A stretch of 64,000 nucleotides of DNA, taken from Planctomycetota bacterium. GTDB lineage: Bacteria > Planctomycetota > SZUA-567 > H5-PLA8. A model generated the notes under the pieces. The model searched no databases, was not told the origin of the DNA, and saw only the letters and a list, made by a program, of their open reading frames with translations. The stretch covers positions 32,001 through 96,000 of the forward strand of contig BTVV01000003.1 in the NCBI GenBank assembly GCA_045863855.1, given 5' to 3'. The position numbers were made by a program, and so were the translations under genes. Below are positions 39,140-49,534 of this stretch, one piece after another. Within the stretch, counting starts at the first letter, position 1, and the number at the start of each line of letters is the position of its first letter.

Positions 39140-39345
39140 CGTGAGGCTCCCGGACGAATGCAGACCAATGGCCAACGAGCGGCCGGGGTCAGGCCGATAT
39201 TTCCCCTAACGGTGTATCGGCATTCGGGGTGCGTCGGGTTGAGGGAATCCAAGTCACGCGGGGGCGTGGAGCGCCACCCTTAACGCGAGTCGAGCACGAT
39301 CGAAGTCCGCTCAAAATTATTGCAGGGCCTGGCCCGGACAGGACA

Positions 39346-39942
39346 CTAGGGCGCGGGCGGGGCAACCGGCAGGCCGAGTCGCGTGCGGAGCAGCTGGATT
39401 TCTTGGTGCTGTTCGGGCGTCATGTCCGGTTTCAGGTCGAGCGGAACATTCAACTTGCGCAGCGCGGCTTCAAGGCCGCCCTCCTCGTAAGAGAGCCATT
39501 CGACATGACCGTCGCCCATAAGCGCATTAATACCCCTGCCTGCTCCGCAGTGCGGGCAAATGGCGAGTACGGCATGCCCATGGGATTGAGTGTGTCCAGG
39601 CACGTACTTATAGACGTGGCTGGAGTGTGGTGGGGGGCCCGACGTTTCGTTCGCCGTGGGGCATTCCAGGATGTGCGGGTGTTCAACGAATCCATCGAGC
39701 AGAAGATCCAAATCAGGTGGATAGCGCCCCATGCTCGCACCCGCATCGGCGTACATGCTCAGGGCTTTTCCGATTCGAGATAGGTTCGAGGCGCATTGTG
39801 CGCGCGCGCGTTGTTCGTACGCCCGTGCCGATACACGGCTGATGAAAATTGCGACCGAGCCGCCCAATAAGATCAGGGTCAACCCCAACAACCATGCCCG
39901 ACGAGGCTTGGAGGCTTGTGAAGGCGGGGCTTCTTCGCGCAT
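39346..39942 (-). CDS. DUF1559/H-X9-DG-type pilin-like protein
   Basis: TM, then ARAQCASNLSRIGKALSMY, LECP, GINALMGDGHVEW. Confidence 0.7.
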   Translation of the reverse strand: MREEAPPSQASKPRRAWLLGLTLILLGGSVAIFISRVSARAYEQRARAQCASNLSRIGKALSMYADAGASMGRYPPDLDLLLDGFVEHPHILECPTANETSGPPPHSSHVYKYVPGHTQSHGHAVLAICPHCGAGRGINALMGDGHVEWLSYEEGGLEAALRKLNVPLDLKPDMTPEQHQEIQLLRTRLGLPVAPPAP

Positions 39943-39980
39943 ACAAGCGACTATACGCGCGAAGAAGCCCAGCGGTTCGA

Positions 39981-40823
39981 TCAGCCGCAACACTTTCCAG
40001 ACGCCGGCTTGCGCGCGGCGATGGAGAGGCTGGTGATGTAGTCGCTCGCGCGGTGTCCGTCGGGCAGGTGGCTCAGGATTTCCCTGTAGAGCGGATCGCC
40101 GGAGCCGAGCATCGCTTCGACGTAGCCGGGGCGCGGTTCGAGCGCCAAGGCGGTCAGGCCCACAGCCCGGATGAGTCGATCGACCTCGGCCAAGGTGAGC
40201 GCTCCGGCGACGCAGCCCACCAGCGCTTCGACGCTGGAGCGGAGCGCTTCGGGCAAGGGACGCAGGAGCGCCATGTCGCTGATCGCCACGCGGCCCCCGG
40301 GCTTCAGCACGCGGGCGATCTCGCGCCACACTTGCGGCTTATCGGGAGACAAGTTGAGTACGCAGTTCGAGAGAATCACGTCAACGCTGGCGTTCTCGAC
40401 CGGAAGATGCTCGATCTCGCCGAGGCGGAATTCGACGTTGTCGTAGCCCATACGCGCGCGGAACGTCACGGCGTTGGCGCGTGCGCGCGCGAGCATCTCG
40501 GGCGTCATGTCCACGCCGATGGCGCGTCCAAGCGGACCGACTTTCTCGGCGGCCAGGAAGACGTCGAAACCTCCGCCGCTGCCCAGGTCGAGTACGACCT
40601 CACCCGCCCGGAGCTCGGCCAGCGCGGTGGGATTCCCGCAGGAAAGCCCGAGGTTGGCGCCTTCGGGTAGCCTTTCCAGTTCGCCGTTCTCGTAGCCCAA
40701 CTTGAGCGCCAGTTGGTCCGGCGGCAGTCCACCGCAGCAGGCGCCCCCCGCGCATGGCCCGTTTTCGGCCACCTTGGCGTAGCCCTCGCGCACCTGATCG
40801 CGGATTTTTTCCGAAGCGTTCAT
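39981..40823 (-). CDS. arsM: arsenite S-adenosylmethyltransferase
   Basis: [37 protein letters not shown]; coupled to arsR. Confidence 0.92.
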   Translation of the reverse strand: MNASEKIRDQVREGYAKVAENGPCAGGACCGGLPPDQLALKLGYENGELERLPEGANLGLSCGNPTALAELRAGEVVLDLGSGGGFDVFLAAEKVGPLGRAIGVDMTPEMLARARANAVTFRARMGYDNVEFRLGEIEHLPVENASVDVILSNCVLNLSPDKPQVWREIARVLKPGGRVAISDMALLRPLPEALRSSVEALVGCVAGALTLAEVDRLIRAVGLTALALEPRPGYVEAMLGSGDPLYREILSHLPDGHRASDYITSLSIAARKPASGKCCG

Positions 40824-41227
40824 CGCATTTTCCTTTCGTCGCAGCATGCGGACTTCGATGGAAGGGGCCTTTTCGGCGGTGCGCAGCACTCGCGCTGCTC
40901 CCGCGCCCGGTACAGGCGTTGGCGGTCGCGCTCGGCCGGCGGCGCGGAGCCGCCGCAACAGGTGAGGCATTCCAGCAACTTTCGATGCAGGATGCCTTGC
41001 GCCGGCGCGAGCTTGTAATGTACCCAGAGGCCTTTCTTACGCGCTTTCACCAGTCCCGCCCGGCGCAGGTACGCCAGATGGCGCGAGATCTTGGGCTGCG
41101 GCGCTCCGATGGCGGCGACGAGATCGCAGACGCAGGATTCTCCTTCCCGCAGCAGCGCCAGCAGGCGCAAGCGGGTGGAGTCGGCTACGGCGCGAAAGAG
41201 TCGATCGGCCTGGGTCATGGGCGCCAT
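40820..41227 (-). CDS. arsR: ArsR/SmtB family repressor
   Basis: FRAVADSTRL, ESCVCDL, QPKISRHLAYL, GLWVHY. Confidence 0.92.
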   Translation of the reverse strand: MAPMTQADRLFRAVADSTRLRLLALLREGESCVCDLVAAIGAPQPKISRHLAYLRRAGLVKARKKGLWVHYKLAPAQGILHRKLLECLTCCGGSAPPAERDRQRLYRAREQRECCAPPKRPLPSKSACCDERKMR

Positions 41228-41230
41228 TCC

Positions 41231-41246
41231 ATTCGCCTAAGCGAAT
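41231..41246. promoter_or_regulatory. putative ArsR operator
   Basis: ATTCGC-ctaa-GCGAAT inverted repeat immediately upstream of arsR. Confidence 0.6.
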
Positions 41247-41311
41247 ATACTTTGCCTGCTTGATGATGTCCAGGACGGTGCGGCCCATTCCCGCATTTGC
41301 AATATTTCGGC

Positions 41312-42646
41312 TTACTTCGCTTTGATGGGTTTGCCTTTGGCCGATTCGCGCATCGTGACGCCGATGGCGTCGAAGCGCTTTCCGCCGACGAGGGTGTAGA
41401 CGGGCGCGCCTTTGAGCTTCCAGCCGGCGAAGGGGCAGTTGCGGGCTTTGCTCTTGAAGCGCGCGGGATCGACCTGCCAGCGCAGGTCGAGGTCGAGGAT
41501 CGTGACGTCGGCGGGGCCGCCGACTTTCAGGCTACCGCCGGGCAGATCGAGGACGCGGGCGGCCGAGGCCGTCCAGGCGTCGACGAAGCGCTTGAGCGGC
41601 AGTTTGTTCTTGTGGACGAGATGCGTGAGCAGCACGCCGATGTTGGTCTCGAGGCCGATGACCCCGTTGGGCGTCTCGACGAATTCCTGCGACTTTTCTT
41701 CGGTCGTGTGCGGCGCGTGGTCGCTGGCGAAGCAGTCGATGGTGCCGTCGAGGAGGCCTTCGAGGCAGGCATCGAGATCACTGGGTTCGCGCAGCGGCGG
41801 GTTCATCTTGTAATTCGCGTCGAAATCGCGGCAGCATTCGTCGGTGAGCAGCAGGTGATGCGGGGCGACTTCGGCGCTGACCTTGGCGCCTTTCTTCTTC
41901 GCTTCGCGCACGAGACTCACCGAGCCCTTGGCGCTGATGTGCTGGACGTGAATCCGCGCGCCGGCGAGTTTGGCGAGGCGGATATCGCGTGCGACGATGA
42001 TTTCTTCGGCCGCCGACGGATAGCCGTTGATGCCGAGCGCGGCGCTGACCTTGCCTTCATGCATCACCGCGCCGTTGGAAAGATCGTGGTCCTCGCAGTG
42101 CTCGACGACCACCTTGCCCAAAGCGCGGGCGTACTCGAGAGCGCTGCGCACGAGAAAGCTGCTGTTCACGCAAGCGCCGTCGTCGGTGAAGCCGACCGCT
42201 CCGGCGCGCGCGAGCAGGCCCAGCGCGGCAAGTTCCTCGCCCGCGCGCCCCTTGGTGATGCAGCCCATCGGAAAGACGCGCGCCATGCCGGCCTGTTCGG
42301 CCTTGAGGTACTGGTAGGCGATCGCGCTGGAGTTATCCAGCGGCGGGTCGGTGTTGGGCATGGTGACCACGGTGCTAAATCCGCCGTGGACGGCGGCGGC
42401 GCTGCCGGAAGCGATGGTCTCTTTGGCCGTGAAGCCTGGTTCGCGGAAGTGGACGTGGATGTCGAGGAAGCCTGGGCAGACAAGAAGGCCGGTGCAGTCG
42501 AGAATCTCGGCGCCGAGCGGAGGCTTGAGGTTTTTGCCGATGGCTTCGATGGTTCCGAGCGCGGTATCGATCAGGACGTCGGCGGTTTTGTCGAGCTTGC
42601 TCGACGGATCGAAAACGCGGCCGCTTTTTAGAAGCAGTGAAGACAT
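41312..42646 (-). CDS. pyrC: dihydroorotase (type I)
   Basis: DIHVHFREPG, MPNTDP, HCED, KMNPPLR, SDHAPH. Confidence 0.95.
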   Translation of the reverse strand: MSSLLLKSGRVFDPSSKLDKTADVLIDTALGTIEAIGKNLKPPLGAEILDCTGLLVCPGFLDIHVHFREPGFTAKETIASGSAAAVHGGFSTVVTMPNTDPPLDNSSAIAYQYLKAEQAGMARVFPMGCITKGRAGEELAALGLLARAGAVGFTDDGACVNSSFLVRSALEYARALGKVVVEHCEDHDLSNGAVMHEGKVSAALGINGYPSAAEEIIVARDIRLAKLAGARIHVQHISAKGSVSLVREAKKKGAKVSAEVAPHHLLLTDECCRDFDANYKMNPPLREPSDLDACLEGLLDGTIDCFASDHAPHTTEEKSQEFVETPNGVIGLETNIGVLLTHLVHKNKLPLKRFVDAWTASAARVLDLPGGSLKVGGPADVTILDLDLRWQVDPARFKSKARNCPFAGWKLKGAPVYTLVGGKRFDAIGVTMRESAKGKPIKAK

Positions 42647-42711
42647 GCCTATTCCCTTTTTCTCTTGCTTGATCGCCAAACGACAACCTCAATGTGTGAA
42701 GCCGCAAGAAG

Positions 42712-43671
42712 CTATGCTTCAACTTCCTCACGCGCGGCTTCGCTTTGCGCGCCCACGCCCATGCACAGATAAAGCACCGCCATGCGCACGGCCAAACCGT
42801 TGCTCACTTGCTGCAGAATCACACTTCGCTCGCCATCGGCGAGTTCGGGGGTCAGTTCGATACCGCGGTTGATTGGGCCGGGGTGCATGATGATCGCACC
42901 GGGTTTGGCGCGTTTCATGCGTTCTTCGTTCAGGCCGTAAATGGCGGCGTACTCGCGCACGCCGGGGAAGAAGCGGCCGGCTTTGCGTTCGAACTGGATG
43001 CGCAGGCAGTTGAGCGCGTCTGCCTGTTCGACGACGGCGTCGATATCGTGGCTCACTTCGACCCCCAGCGCGGCGGCGATGGCCGGAGGTACGAGCGTGG
43101 GCGGGCCGGCGAGGATTACGCGCGCGCCGAGTTTGCGCAGGCCGTGCGCGTTGCTGCGCGCGACGCGGCTGTGGCGGATATCGCCCAGGATGGCGACGGT
43201 GAGTCCGGCGACTTTGCCGAGCTTTTCGCGGATCGTGAAGATATCCAGCAGACCCTGTGTGGGATGCTCGTGGCAGCCGTCGCCGGCGTTGATGACGCTG
43301 CATTGGGTGTGCCGCGCGAGCAGGTGCGGCGCTCCCGGCGCGCTGTGGCGGATCACGAACGCATCGACGCCCATCGCTTCGATGTTCTTCGCGGTGTCGA
43401 TCAGCGTCTCGCCCTTCGAGACGCTGCTGCCTGAACTGCTGAAACTCATGGTGTCGGCGCTAAGGCGCTTGGCGGCGAGCGCGAAACTGTTGCTCGTACG
43501 CGTGCTGGCCTCGTAAAAGAGGTTCACCACCACGCGACCGCGCAGCGCGGGGACTTTCTTAACGCTGCGCCCGGAAACCTCCTTAAAGGAAGCCGCCGTA
43601 TCGAGAATCTCGACGATCTCGGCCTTGCTCAGGCTTTCCAGGTCGAGCAGATGCTTGCGCGTCCATGCCAT
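42712..43671 (-). CDS. pyrB: aspartate carbamoyltransferase catalytic subunit
   Basis: [40 protein letters not shown]. Confidence 0.97.
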   Translation of the reverse strand: MAWTRKHLLDLESLSKAEIVEILDTAASFKEVSGRSVKKVPALRGRVVVNLFYEASTRTSNSFALAAKRLSADTMSFSSSGSSVSKGETLIDTAKNIEAMGVDAFVIRHSAPGAPHLLARHTQCSVINAGDGCHEHPTQGLLDIFTIREKLGKVAGLTVAILGDIRHSRVARSNAHGLRKLGARVILAGPPTLVPPAIAAALGVEVSHDIDAVVEQADALNCLRIQFERKAGRFFPGVREYAAIYGLNEERMKRAKPGAIIMHPGPINRGIELTPELADGERSVILQQVSNGLAVRMAVLYLCMGVGAQSEAAREEVEA

Positions 43672-43811
43672 CGGATTTTGGATTGGGGCTTTTGGAGTGG
43701 CCGGCGGTTCATCCGGAAGCGCCTGCCACGATCCTCTTTCCCAATGCTCCTTTGTGGTTTGGCCGAACCGTTGCCGCTCCAGCGCCCTGCACGCATCGAA
43801 AAACGAACCGC

Positions 43812-44417
43812 TTACCGCATCCCGCCCAGCACCACGAAGACGCCCTCTTCGCCGTCGGTCTCCTCCAGACGCACCTCGACCCGATCGGCGTGCGGGATGC
43901 TCAATCGTTCGGCCACGCGGTCGGGCTGGATGGGCAATTCGCGTCCGCCACGGTCGATGAGGCTGAAGAGCCGGACGGCGCCGGGGCGGCCGTAATCGTT
44001 GAGGATGTCGAGCGCCGCTCGGATGGTGCGGCCGGTACAGATCACGTCGTCGATCAGGAAGACGACGCGGTGATCCACGGGACCCTCGATGACGGTGCCT
44101 TTTTTGCCGGTGTGCAGGCGCGGCCCGCGCAGCGCGACGTCGTCGCGGTAGAGCGTGATGTCGAGCGCGCCGTAGGGCACGGGATGGCCCCATTGCTTCG
44201 AGACGCGGTCGCGCACGCGGCGGGCGAGTTCGGCGCCGCGGCGGCGGATGCCGGCGATCAGCGCGTGGTCGAGGACGCCGCTGGCGAGCAGTTCTTTCGA
44301 GAACGCGTCGATCTGCTTGGCGATCCACTTCGCGTCGTGAATCGCGCGCTCCTGTTTCTGGCGCTTAGGCGCTTCGCGGTCTTCGTGCGCGGCCTTGCGT
44401 TTATTCTTCTTGCTCAT
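43812..44417 (-). CDS. pyrR: PyrR family uracil phosphoribosyltransferase/regulator
   Basis: [40 protein letters not shown]. Confidence 0.9.
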   Translation of the reverse strand: MSKKNKRKAAHEDREAPKRQKQERAIHDAKWIAKQIDAFSKELLASGVLDHALIAGIRRRGAELARRVRDRVSKQWGHPVPYGALDITLYRDDVALRGPRLHTGKKGTVIEGPVDHRVVFLIDDVICTGRTIRAALDILNDYGRPGAVRLFSLIDRGGRELPIQPDRVAERLSIPHADRVEVRLEETDGEEGVFVVLGGMR

Positions 44418-45739
44418 GGTTGTGCCGGGTGCGCATGCGCGCCCGCTTCCTCCGCTTCCCGGAAGACGGTATCCAGTTCGCTTTCGTTGGGCCGGGTGCC
44501 TACGAAGGTCCGAATATGCCCGAGGAGGTCCACGCCGTCCACGCCTTGTTCGAGGCCGATTTTCAGCGCCTGGAGCGTGCGCTCCTGGCGCGGGGTAAAG
44601 GGCCCGCCGGGTTCCGCGGGTGCACCGTTCACTAAGGCGGATTCCATCGCCGCTTCCAAGGCTTCCAGCGCCGTGCCGTCGCGCGCCGCGATACGGTACG
44701 GCGTGGCCGCCAACGCGAAGGCGAGCCCTTCGGCTTCTTCGTGGAGTCCTCGATCGGCTTTGTTCAGAACGAGCAGAAAAGGGCGCGCGGTCAGCGCGGC
44801 CAGCGCCTCGAATTCGGCGGGGCTCGGCGCGCGCGAGCCGTCCACCACGAGCAAGCAAAGATCCGCTTCAGCCGCGGCCTCGCGCGCCTTGGCCTGTCCG
44901 GCGCGCTCGACGGCGTCGCCGGCTACGTCGCGCAGTCCGGCGCTGTCGATCAGCAGCAAACTCAGCCCGCGCAGGGCGGCCGGGCGTTCCAGGCGGTCGC
45001 GCGTCGTCCCGGCTTCGGCGCTGACGAGCGAGGCGTTCTCGCGGAGCAGGCGGTTGACCAGCGTGGACTTGCCCGCGTTGACGGGACCGGCGACCAGGAC
45101 ACGGTGGGTGCGAAGCAGGCGCCGCGCGGCTTCGTAACGGGCCAACTCGTCGGCGGCGGCGGTATGCGTGGGCGCGTGCCAAGCGATCTCGCGCTGGCGA
45201 AGCCCCAAGGCGGCTTCCATACCCAGCCGCTCCCAGCGTTCCTGCAAGTTCGTGTGGGCCAGGAGCAGATCGAGCTGGCGCGCTGTGACGCACGCGCCGA
45301 GGCGCAGGCGCGCTTCGAGCGCCAACAGGCTCAGGCGGCCCGCACGATGCGCTCGGGCGTGGAGTTCGCCGGGCAGGGCTTCGCGGAAGCCGGCGGCTTC
45401 GAATAGCTCGCGGACGGCGGCGGCGGTGCCGCGCCCGCCGTGGCAGGAGACTTCGATCTGCGCGCGCGCCGTCTCGCTTCGATCCTTAGTGACGACCGCG
45501 CAGACGACCTCGTCGACCGTGGCTCCGGCGGCATCGACCAGACTGCCGTAAGCCAACTGGCCTTCCCGCCCGGGACTCAGCGTCTGTTTGGACCTGAAGA
45601 GCGGCGCGAAGCGTTCGAAGAGTCCTGCGCCGTCGAGCACGAAGGCGGCGATGGCGGCTTCGCCGGGTGCGGTATCGAGTCGAAAAATAGCGTCGGACGA
45701 CGGGGGTGGTGCGGAGGAGGTTCGCTCGGCTTCGGCCAT
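44414..45739 (-). CDS. MnmE/TrmE-like GTPase, divergent
   Basis: TAPGEAAIA, VDEVV, EVSCHGG, GPVNAGKS, GTTRD, DSAG, NKAD; no terminal FCxGK. Confidence 0.85.
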   Translation of the reverse strand: MAEAERTSSAPPPSSDAIFRLDTAPGEAAIAAFVLDGAGLFERFAPLFRSKQTLSPGREGQLAYGSLVDAAGATVDEVVCAVVTKDRSETARAQIEVSCHGGRGTAAAVRELFEAAGFREALPGELHARAHRAGRLSLLALEARLRLGACVTARQLDLLLAHTNLQERWERLGMEAALGLRQREIAWHAPTHTAAADELARYEAARRLLRTHRVLVAGPVNAGKSTLVNRLLRENASLVSAEAGTTRDRLERPAALRGLSLLLIDSAGLRDVAGDAVERAGQAKAREAAAEADLCLLVVDGSRAPSPAEFEALAALTARPFLLVLNKADRGLHEEAEGLAFALAATPYRIAARDGTALEALEAAMESALVNGAPAEPGGPFTPRQERTLQALKIGLEQGVDGVDLLGHIRTFVGTRPNESELDTVFREAEEAGAHAHPAQP

Positions 45740-45750
45740 GCGCGAGAATT

Positions 45751-46632
45751 CTATGCCTTTCGGCGTTCGTTCCAGATGATCCATGCGGCGAGCAATCCGT
45801 TGGGCACCGCTTCGGACGAGACTTCGGGCTTGTAGCGCTTCAAAGCGGTGAGCGCGTACGGATACAGCGAGGCGAGTCCGCCGCCGGTAAGGAGCACGCG
45901 GGCGCCTTTGCCGAGGCGTTCGGCCTGGGCTTTGGCCAGTTCCAGCGCCGCGTGGATCTGCTGCCAGCGCACGCCCGCGCGGATCGCATCGGCGGTATTT
46001 TCGCCCACCAGCGGGAGCTTGTCGCGCGTTCCGTAGCGTTTGGCGGAAAGATCGGGAAGCTGCGCGGTCCCTTGCGCGAGCGCCTTAAAGGCCAGCGCTT
46101 CGCCGGGCATGATCAGCCCGCCTTCGAAGGAGCCGACGCGCGTGCCTTTGAGCGCGCGCACCGAATTGACCGTCAGCGCGGTGCCGCTGTCGACGATCAC
46201 CCACGGGTGGTGCCCCAGGAAGCAGAGCGCGTCGAGCGCCGCGAGGAGGCGGTCGTCGCCGACGTTTTTCGCCGGCTTGGGCTTGATCGAGATGGGGCAG
46301 GGGAGTTGTTTGCGAAAGCGCATGACCTTGAGCTTCGTGTGCGTACGCAAGTGGCGTTCGAAGGCATCCAGCGCCCGCGGCACCACGCCGCCCAGGAGGA
46401 CCGCCGTATCGGCATTCGCTTGAGCCGTATGTTCGAGCCACTTCCAGACGACACCGGGGCGGCGGAGCAGGTCGGGCGTCGGGATGTCGTCGCAGGGCGA
46501 GTCGATGTACTCTTCGGTGAGCGCGCGAAAGGATGTATTCGTATTGCCGACGGCGACGGCCAGCGCGCGCGCGGGTCCGCGTTGCGTGTGGGCGCAGTCG
46601 TGTTGGTCGTGCGCGTGCCCGGAGTGAGCCAT
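45751..46632 (-). CDS. coaX: type III pantothenate kinase
   Basis: VGNT, VGDDR, VDSGTALT, GGLIMPG, LTGG. Confidence 0.85.
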   Translation of the reverse strand: MAHSGHAHDQHDCAHTQRGPARALAVAVGNTNTSFRALTEEYIDSPCDDIPTPDLLRRPGVVWKWLEHTAQANADTAVLLGGVVPRALDAFERHLRTHTKLKVMRFRKQLPCPISIKPKPAKNVGDDRLLAALDALCFLGHHPWVIVDSGTALTVNSVRALKGTRVGSFEGGLIMPGEALAFKALAQGTAQLPDLSAKRYGTRDKLPLVGENTADAIRAGVRWQQIHAALELAKAQAERLGKGARVLLTGGGLASLYPYALTALKRYKPEVSSEAVPNGLLAAWIIWNERRKA

Positions 46633-46729
46633 ATTCGAGTGCCGCCGATGCAGGTGACAAGAAGGGAAACAAGCGGCAGACTGTTTACCGGATTCTTCAG
46701 CTTCCTACCAGTCCGACCGGAGTATTCCG

Positions 46730-48160
46730 ATGCCTGAGCCGCGCCCCAACCTCTTATTGATCACCACCGACCAGCAGCGCTGGGACGCGCTTGGGTACAA
46801 CGGCAACCCGATCCTGGAGACGCAGAACCTCGACCGGCTTGCGGCCAGCGGGGTGAACTTCACGCGTGGCTACACCACGTGTCCGACGTGTATCGCGGCG
46901 CGGCGCACGATTCTGACCGGCCAGGCGCCCGCGACGCACGGGCTGGTGGGGTACAGCGAAGAGGCGCCGTTCGATCCGAAGTTCACGCTGCCGCAGTTGC
47001 TCCGCGATGCCGGCTACCAGACGCAACTCGTCGGGAAGCTGCACCAGATGCCGCAGCGGCGGCGCTTCGGCTTCGACCACATGATTCTCAGCAACGGGCC
47101 TTCTTTCCGCCCCGATTCCAAGTGGCAGAAGGAAAACGACTGGATCGATTACTTGCGCGGGATGAACGTTCCGATCGAGCCGAATTTTCACGGCATCAAC
47201 GGAAACGGACGCCTCGCCCGGCCGTGGCCGCTGGAAGAGCACCTGCATCAGACGACGTGGCTGACCACCCAGGCCATCGAGTTCATGACGCGCAAACGCG
47301 ATCCGTCGCAGCCGTTCTTTTTGCATCTGAGTTACTGGGCTCCGCATCCGCCGCTGATTCCGCCGCGCGACTACTACGACCGCTACGTCCGGCGCATGCA
47401 CGAATACCGACCGCATCACGGGACTTGGGTGCCGAAATCGGATGCCTGGGTGCCGGGCATCGCACCGGACGACAAGTTCGGTCCGTTCCGGCTGGAAGAG
47501 ATCCAGAATGCGATGGCCGGCTATTACGGGCTGATCAACCACATCGACGACCAGATCCAGCGGCTGTTGGAGTCGTTTTACGTGTACGGCGGGACGCGTG
47601 GAGCGGAGCCGATGTACGTGCTCTTTACCTCCGATCACGGCGAGATGCTGGGCGATCACCATATGTTCCGCAAGACTGTGGCGTACGAAGGGAGCGCGCA
47701 CGTCCCGTTCTTCGTTTCCGGTCGCAACGTTCCGATCAAGAAGAGCAGCAGCGACGAACTGGTCTGCCTGGAGGACATCCTGCCGACCTTGTGCGAACTG
47801 GGCGGCGCGAAGATTCCCGAGGGGGTGGACGGGAAGTCGCTGGCTCCGATTCTTCGAGGCGAAAAGCTTAAGGTGCGCGAGGATCTTCACGGCGAGCACA
47901 CCGGCAAGACGATCGGGCACCACTACCTGGTTCACAAGAAGCACAAGTACATCTGGTACGTGGATCAGAACGAGGAGCAGATCTTCGATCTGGAGGAGGA
48001 TCCGTACGAGCGCGTCGATATTTCGGGCAATCGCGCGCTGCTGAAAGAATTGCGTTCGCGGATGAGCAAGCATCTTCAAGGGCGCAGCGATTTCAGTTAC
48101 GATCTTAAGAAGCTCAAGCCGTTGGAGAACGGCCAGCCGGCGGGCTTCTGGGCGCATTAG
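46730..48160 (+). CDS. formylglycine-dependent sulfatase (no signal peptide)
   Basis: PNLLLITTDQQR, CIAAR..LTG, GKLH, PHPP, SDHGEMLGDH. Confidence 0.92.
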   Translation: MPEPRPNLLLITTDQQRWDALGYNGNPILETQNLDRLAASGVNFTRGYTTCPTCIAARRTILTGQAPATHGLVGYSEEAPFDPKFTLPQLLRDAGYQTQLVGKLHQMPQRRRFGFDHMILSNGPSFRPDSKWQKENDWIDYLRGMNVPIEPNFHGINGNGRLARPWPLEEHLHQTTWLTTQAIEFMTRKRDPSQPFFLHLSYWAPHPPLIPPRDYYDRYVRRMHEYRPHHGTWVPKSDAWVPGIAPDDKFGPFRLEEIQNAMAGYYGLINHIDDQIQRLLESFYVYGGTRGAEPMYVLFTSDHGEMLGDHHMFRKTVAYEGSAHVPFFVSGRNVPIKKSSSDELVCLEDILPTLCELGGAKIPEGVDGKSLAPILRGEKLKVREDLHGEHTGKTIGHHYLVHKKHKYIWYVDQNEEQIFDLEEDPYERVDISGNRALLKELRSRMSKHLQGRSDFSYDLKKLKPLENGQPAGFWAH

Positions 48161-48206
48161 CCGGCGGCAGCATTCCCCGTTTCCGCTCGCTCCGTGGTGA
48201 ATCGCC

Positions 48207-49448
48207 ATGCCCGTCGTTCCGTGGACTCGCGCGATCGCGCATGTGGACCTCGACCAGTACTACGCGGCCGTGGAGGTTCTGGATTTTCCGGAGCTGAAGG
48301 GCCTGCCGGTGATCGTCGGCGGCGCGCCGGGGAAGCGCGGGGTGGTCAGCACCGCCAGCTACGAGGCGCGCAAATTCGGCGTGCACAGCGCGATGCCCAG
48401 TTCGCAAGCGGCTCGGCTGTGCCCGCAGGGCGTCTGGCGCACGCCGCGGATGGCGCGGTACGTCGAAAAGTCGCGCGAGATCCGGCGCATCTTCGAACGC
48501 TACACCGACCGCGTGGAGCCGCTCTCGCTGGACGAGGCTTTTCTGGATCTGACCGGAAGCCAGCGGCTATTCGGGACGCCCGAGAAGATCGCACAGCGCA
48601 TCAAAAACGAGATTCTGGCCGAGACGGGGCTGGTGGCCTCCGTTGGCGTGGCGATGAACAAGTATCTGGCCAAGGTCGCCAGCGATCTGCGCAAGCCCGA
48701 CGCGCTGGTGGTGGTGGCGTACGGGGAGGCCGAGGCGCGCGCGTTTCTGGCGCCGCTTCCGGTGAAGCGCCTGTGGGGCGCGGGTCCGAAGACTTGCGCG
48801 CGGCTTGAGGCGCTGGGATTGCACACCATCGCCGATGTACAGCGCGCCGAGCCGGAGTGGCTGGCGCGCCGAGTCGGCGAGCACGCGGCGGCGCATCTGC
48901 GCGGTCTGGCGCTGGGACTCGATACACGCGAGGTGGAAGTCGGGGATCGCCCCAAGTCGATCGGGAAAGAAAACACGTTTGCCGAGGATATGCGCGATCC
49001 GCGGGCCATGGAGCGGGAACTGCTCGGGTTCGCCGAAGACGTCTCCACCCGGCTGCGCGCGCGCGGCCTGCTGGCGCACGGCGTCACCTTAAAGGTGCGC
49101 TTTGGCGACTTCACGACGCTCACCCGTGCGCACAGCTTCGAGGAACCCACCGACCTGACTGAGCCGCTGTATCGGGCCGCGGTGGACCTGCTGCGGCATA
49201 AGGTGGCGCTGGAGGGCCGGGGCGTGCGGCTGCTGGGAGTGCAGGCTACGCGGATGGTGGCGCCGGGAGAGTGGACGTCGGGCCTCTTTAAGGACGAAGA
49301 CGACGAGAAGCGCCGGCGCACGGCGCGGACGGTGGACCGCTTGCGCGCTCGATTTGGAGACGGCGCGGTGACGCGCGGGCGGCTTTTGGAAGAAAAAGCG
49401 GAAGATACGGGGAGCATGAACGACAAGCCGCCCTCTTTAGGTCGTTGA
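48207..49448 (+). CDS. dinB: DNA polymerase IV
   Basis: HVDLDQYYAAVE, SYEARKFG, SLDEAFLD, ASDLRKPD. Confidence 0.95.
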   Translation: MPVVPWTRAIAHVDLDQYYAAVEVLDFPELKGLPVIVGGAPGKRGVVSTASYEARKFGVHSAMPSSQAARLCPQGVWRTPRMARYVEKSREIRRIFERYTDRVEPLSLDEAFLDLTGSQRLFGTPEKIAQRIKNEILAETGLVASVGVAMNKYLAKVASDLRKPDALVVVAYGEAEARAFLAPLPVKRLWGAGPKTCARLEALGLHTIADVQRAEPEWLARRVGEHAAAHLRGLALGLDTREVEVGDRPKSIGKENTFAEDMRDPRAMERELLGFAEDVSTRLRARGLLAHGVTLKVRFGDFTTLTRAHSFEEPTDLTEPLYRAAVDLLRHKVALEGRGVRLLGVQATRMVAPGEWTSGLFKDEDDEKRRRTARTVDRLRARFGDGAVTRGRLLEEKAEDTGSMNDKPPSLGR

Positions 49449-49534
49449 CCATCCGGTCGCTAAACGTATATTCGTCGTGTTCGCCCCGGCCCGGCGCCTG
49501 GCGATCCGGGACCGTGCATACGGAGTCGATCAGC

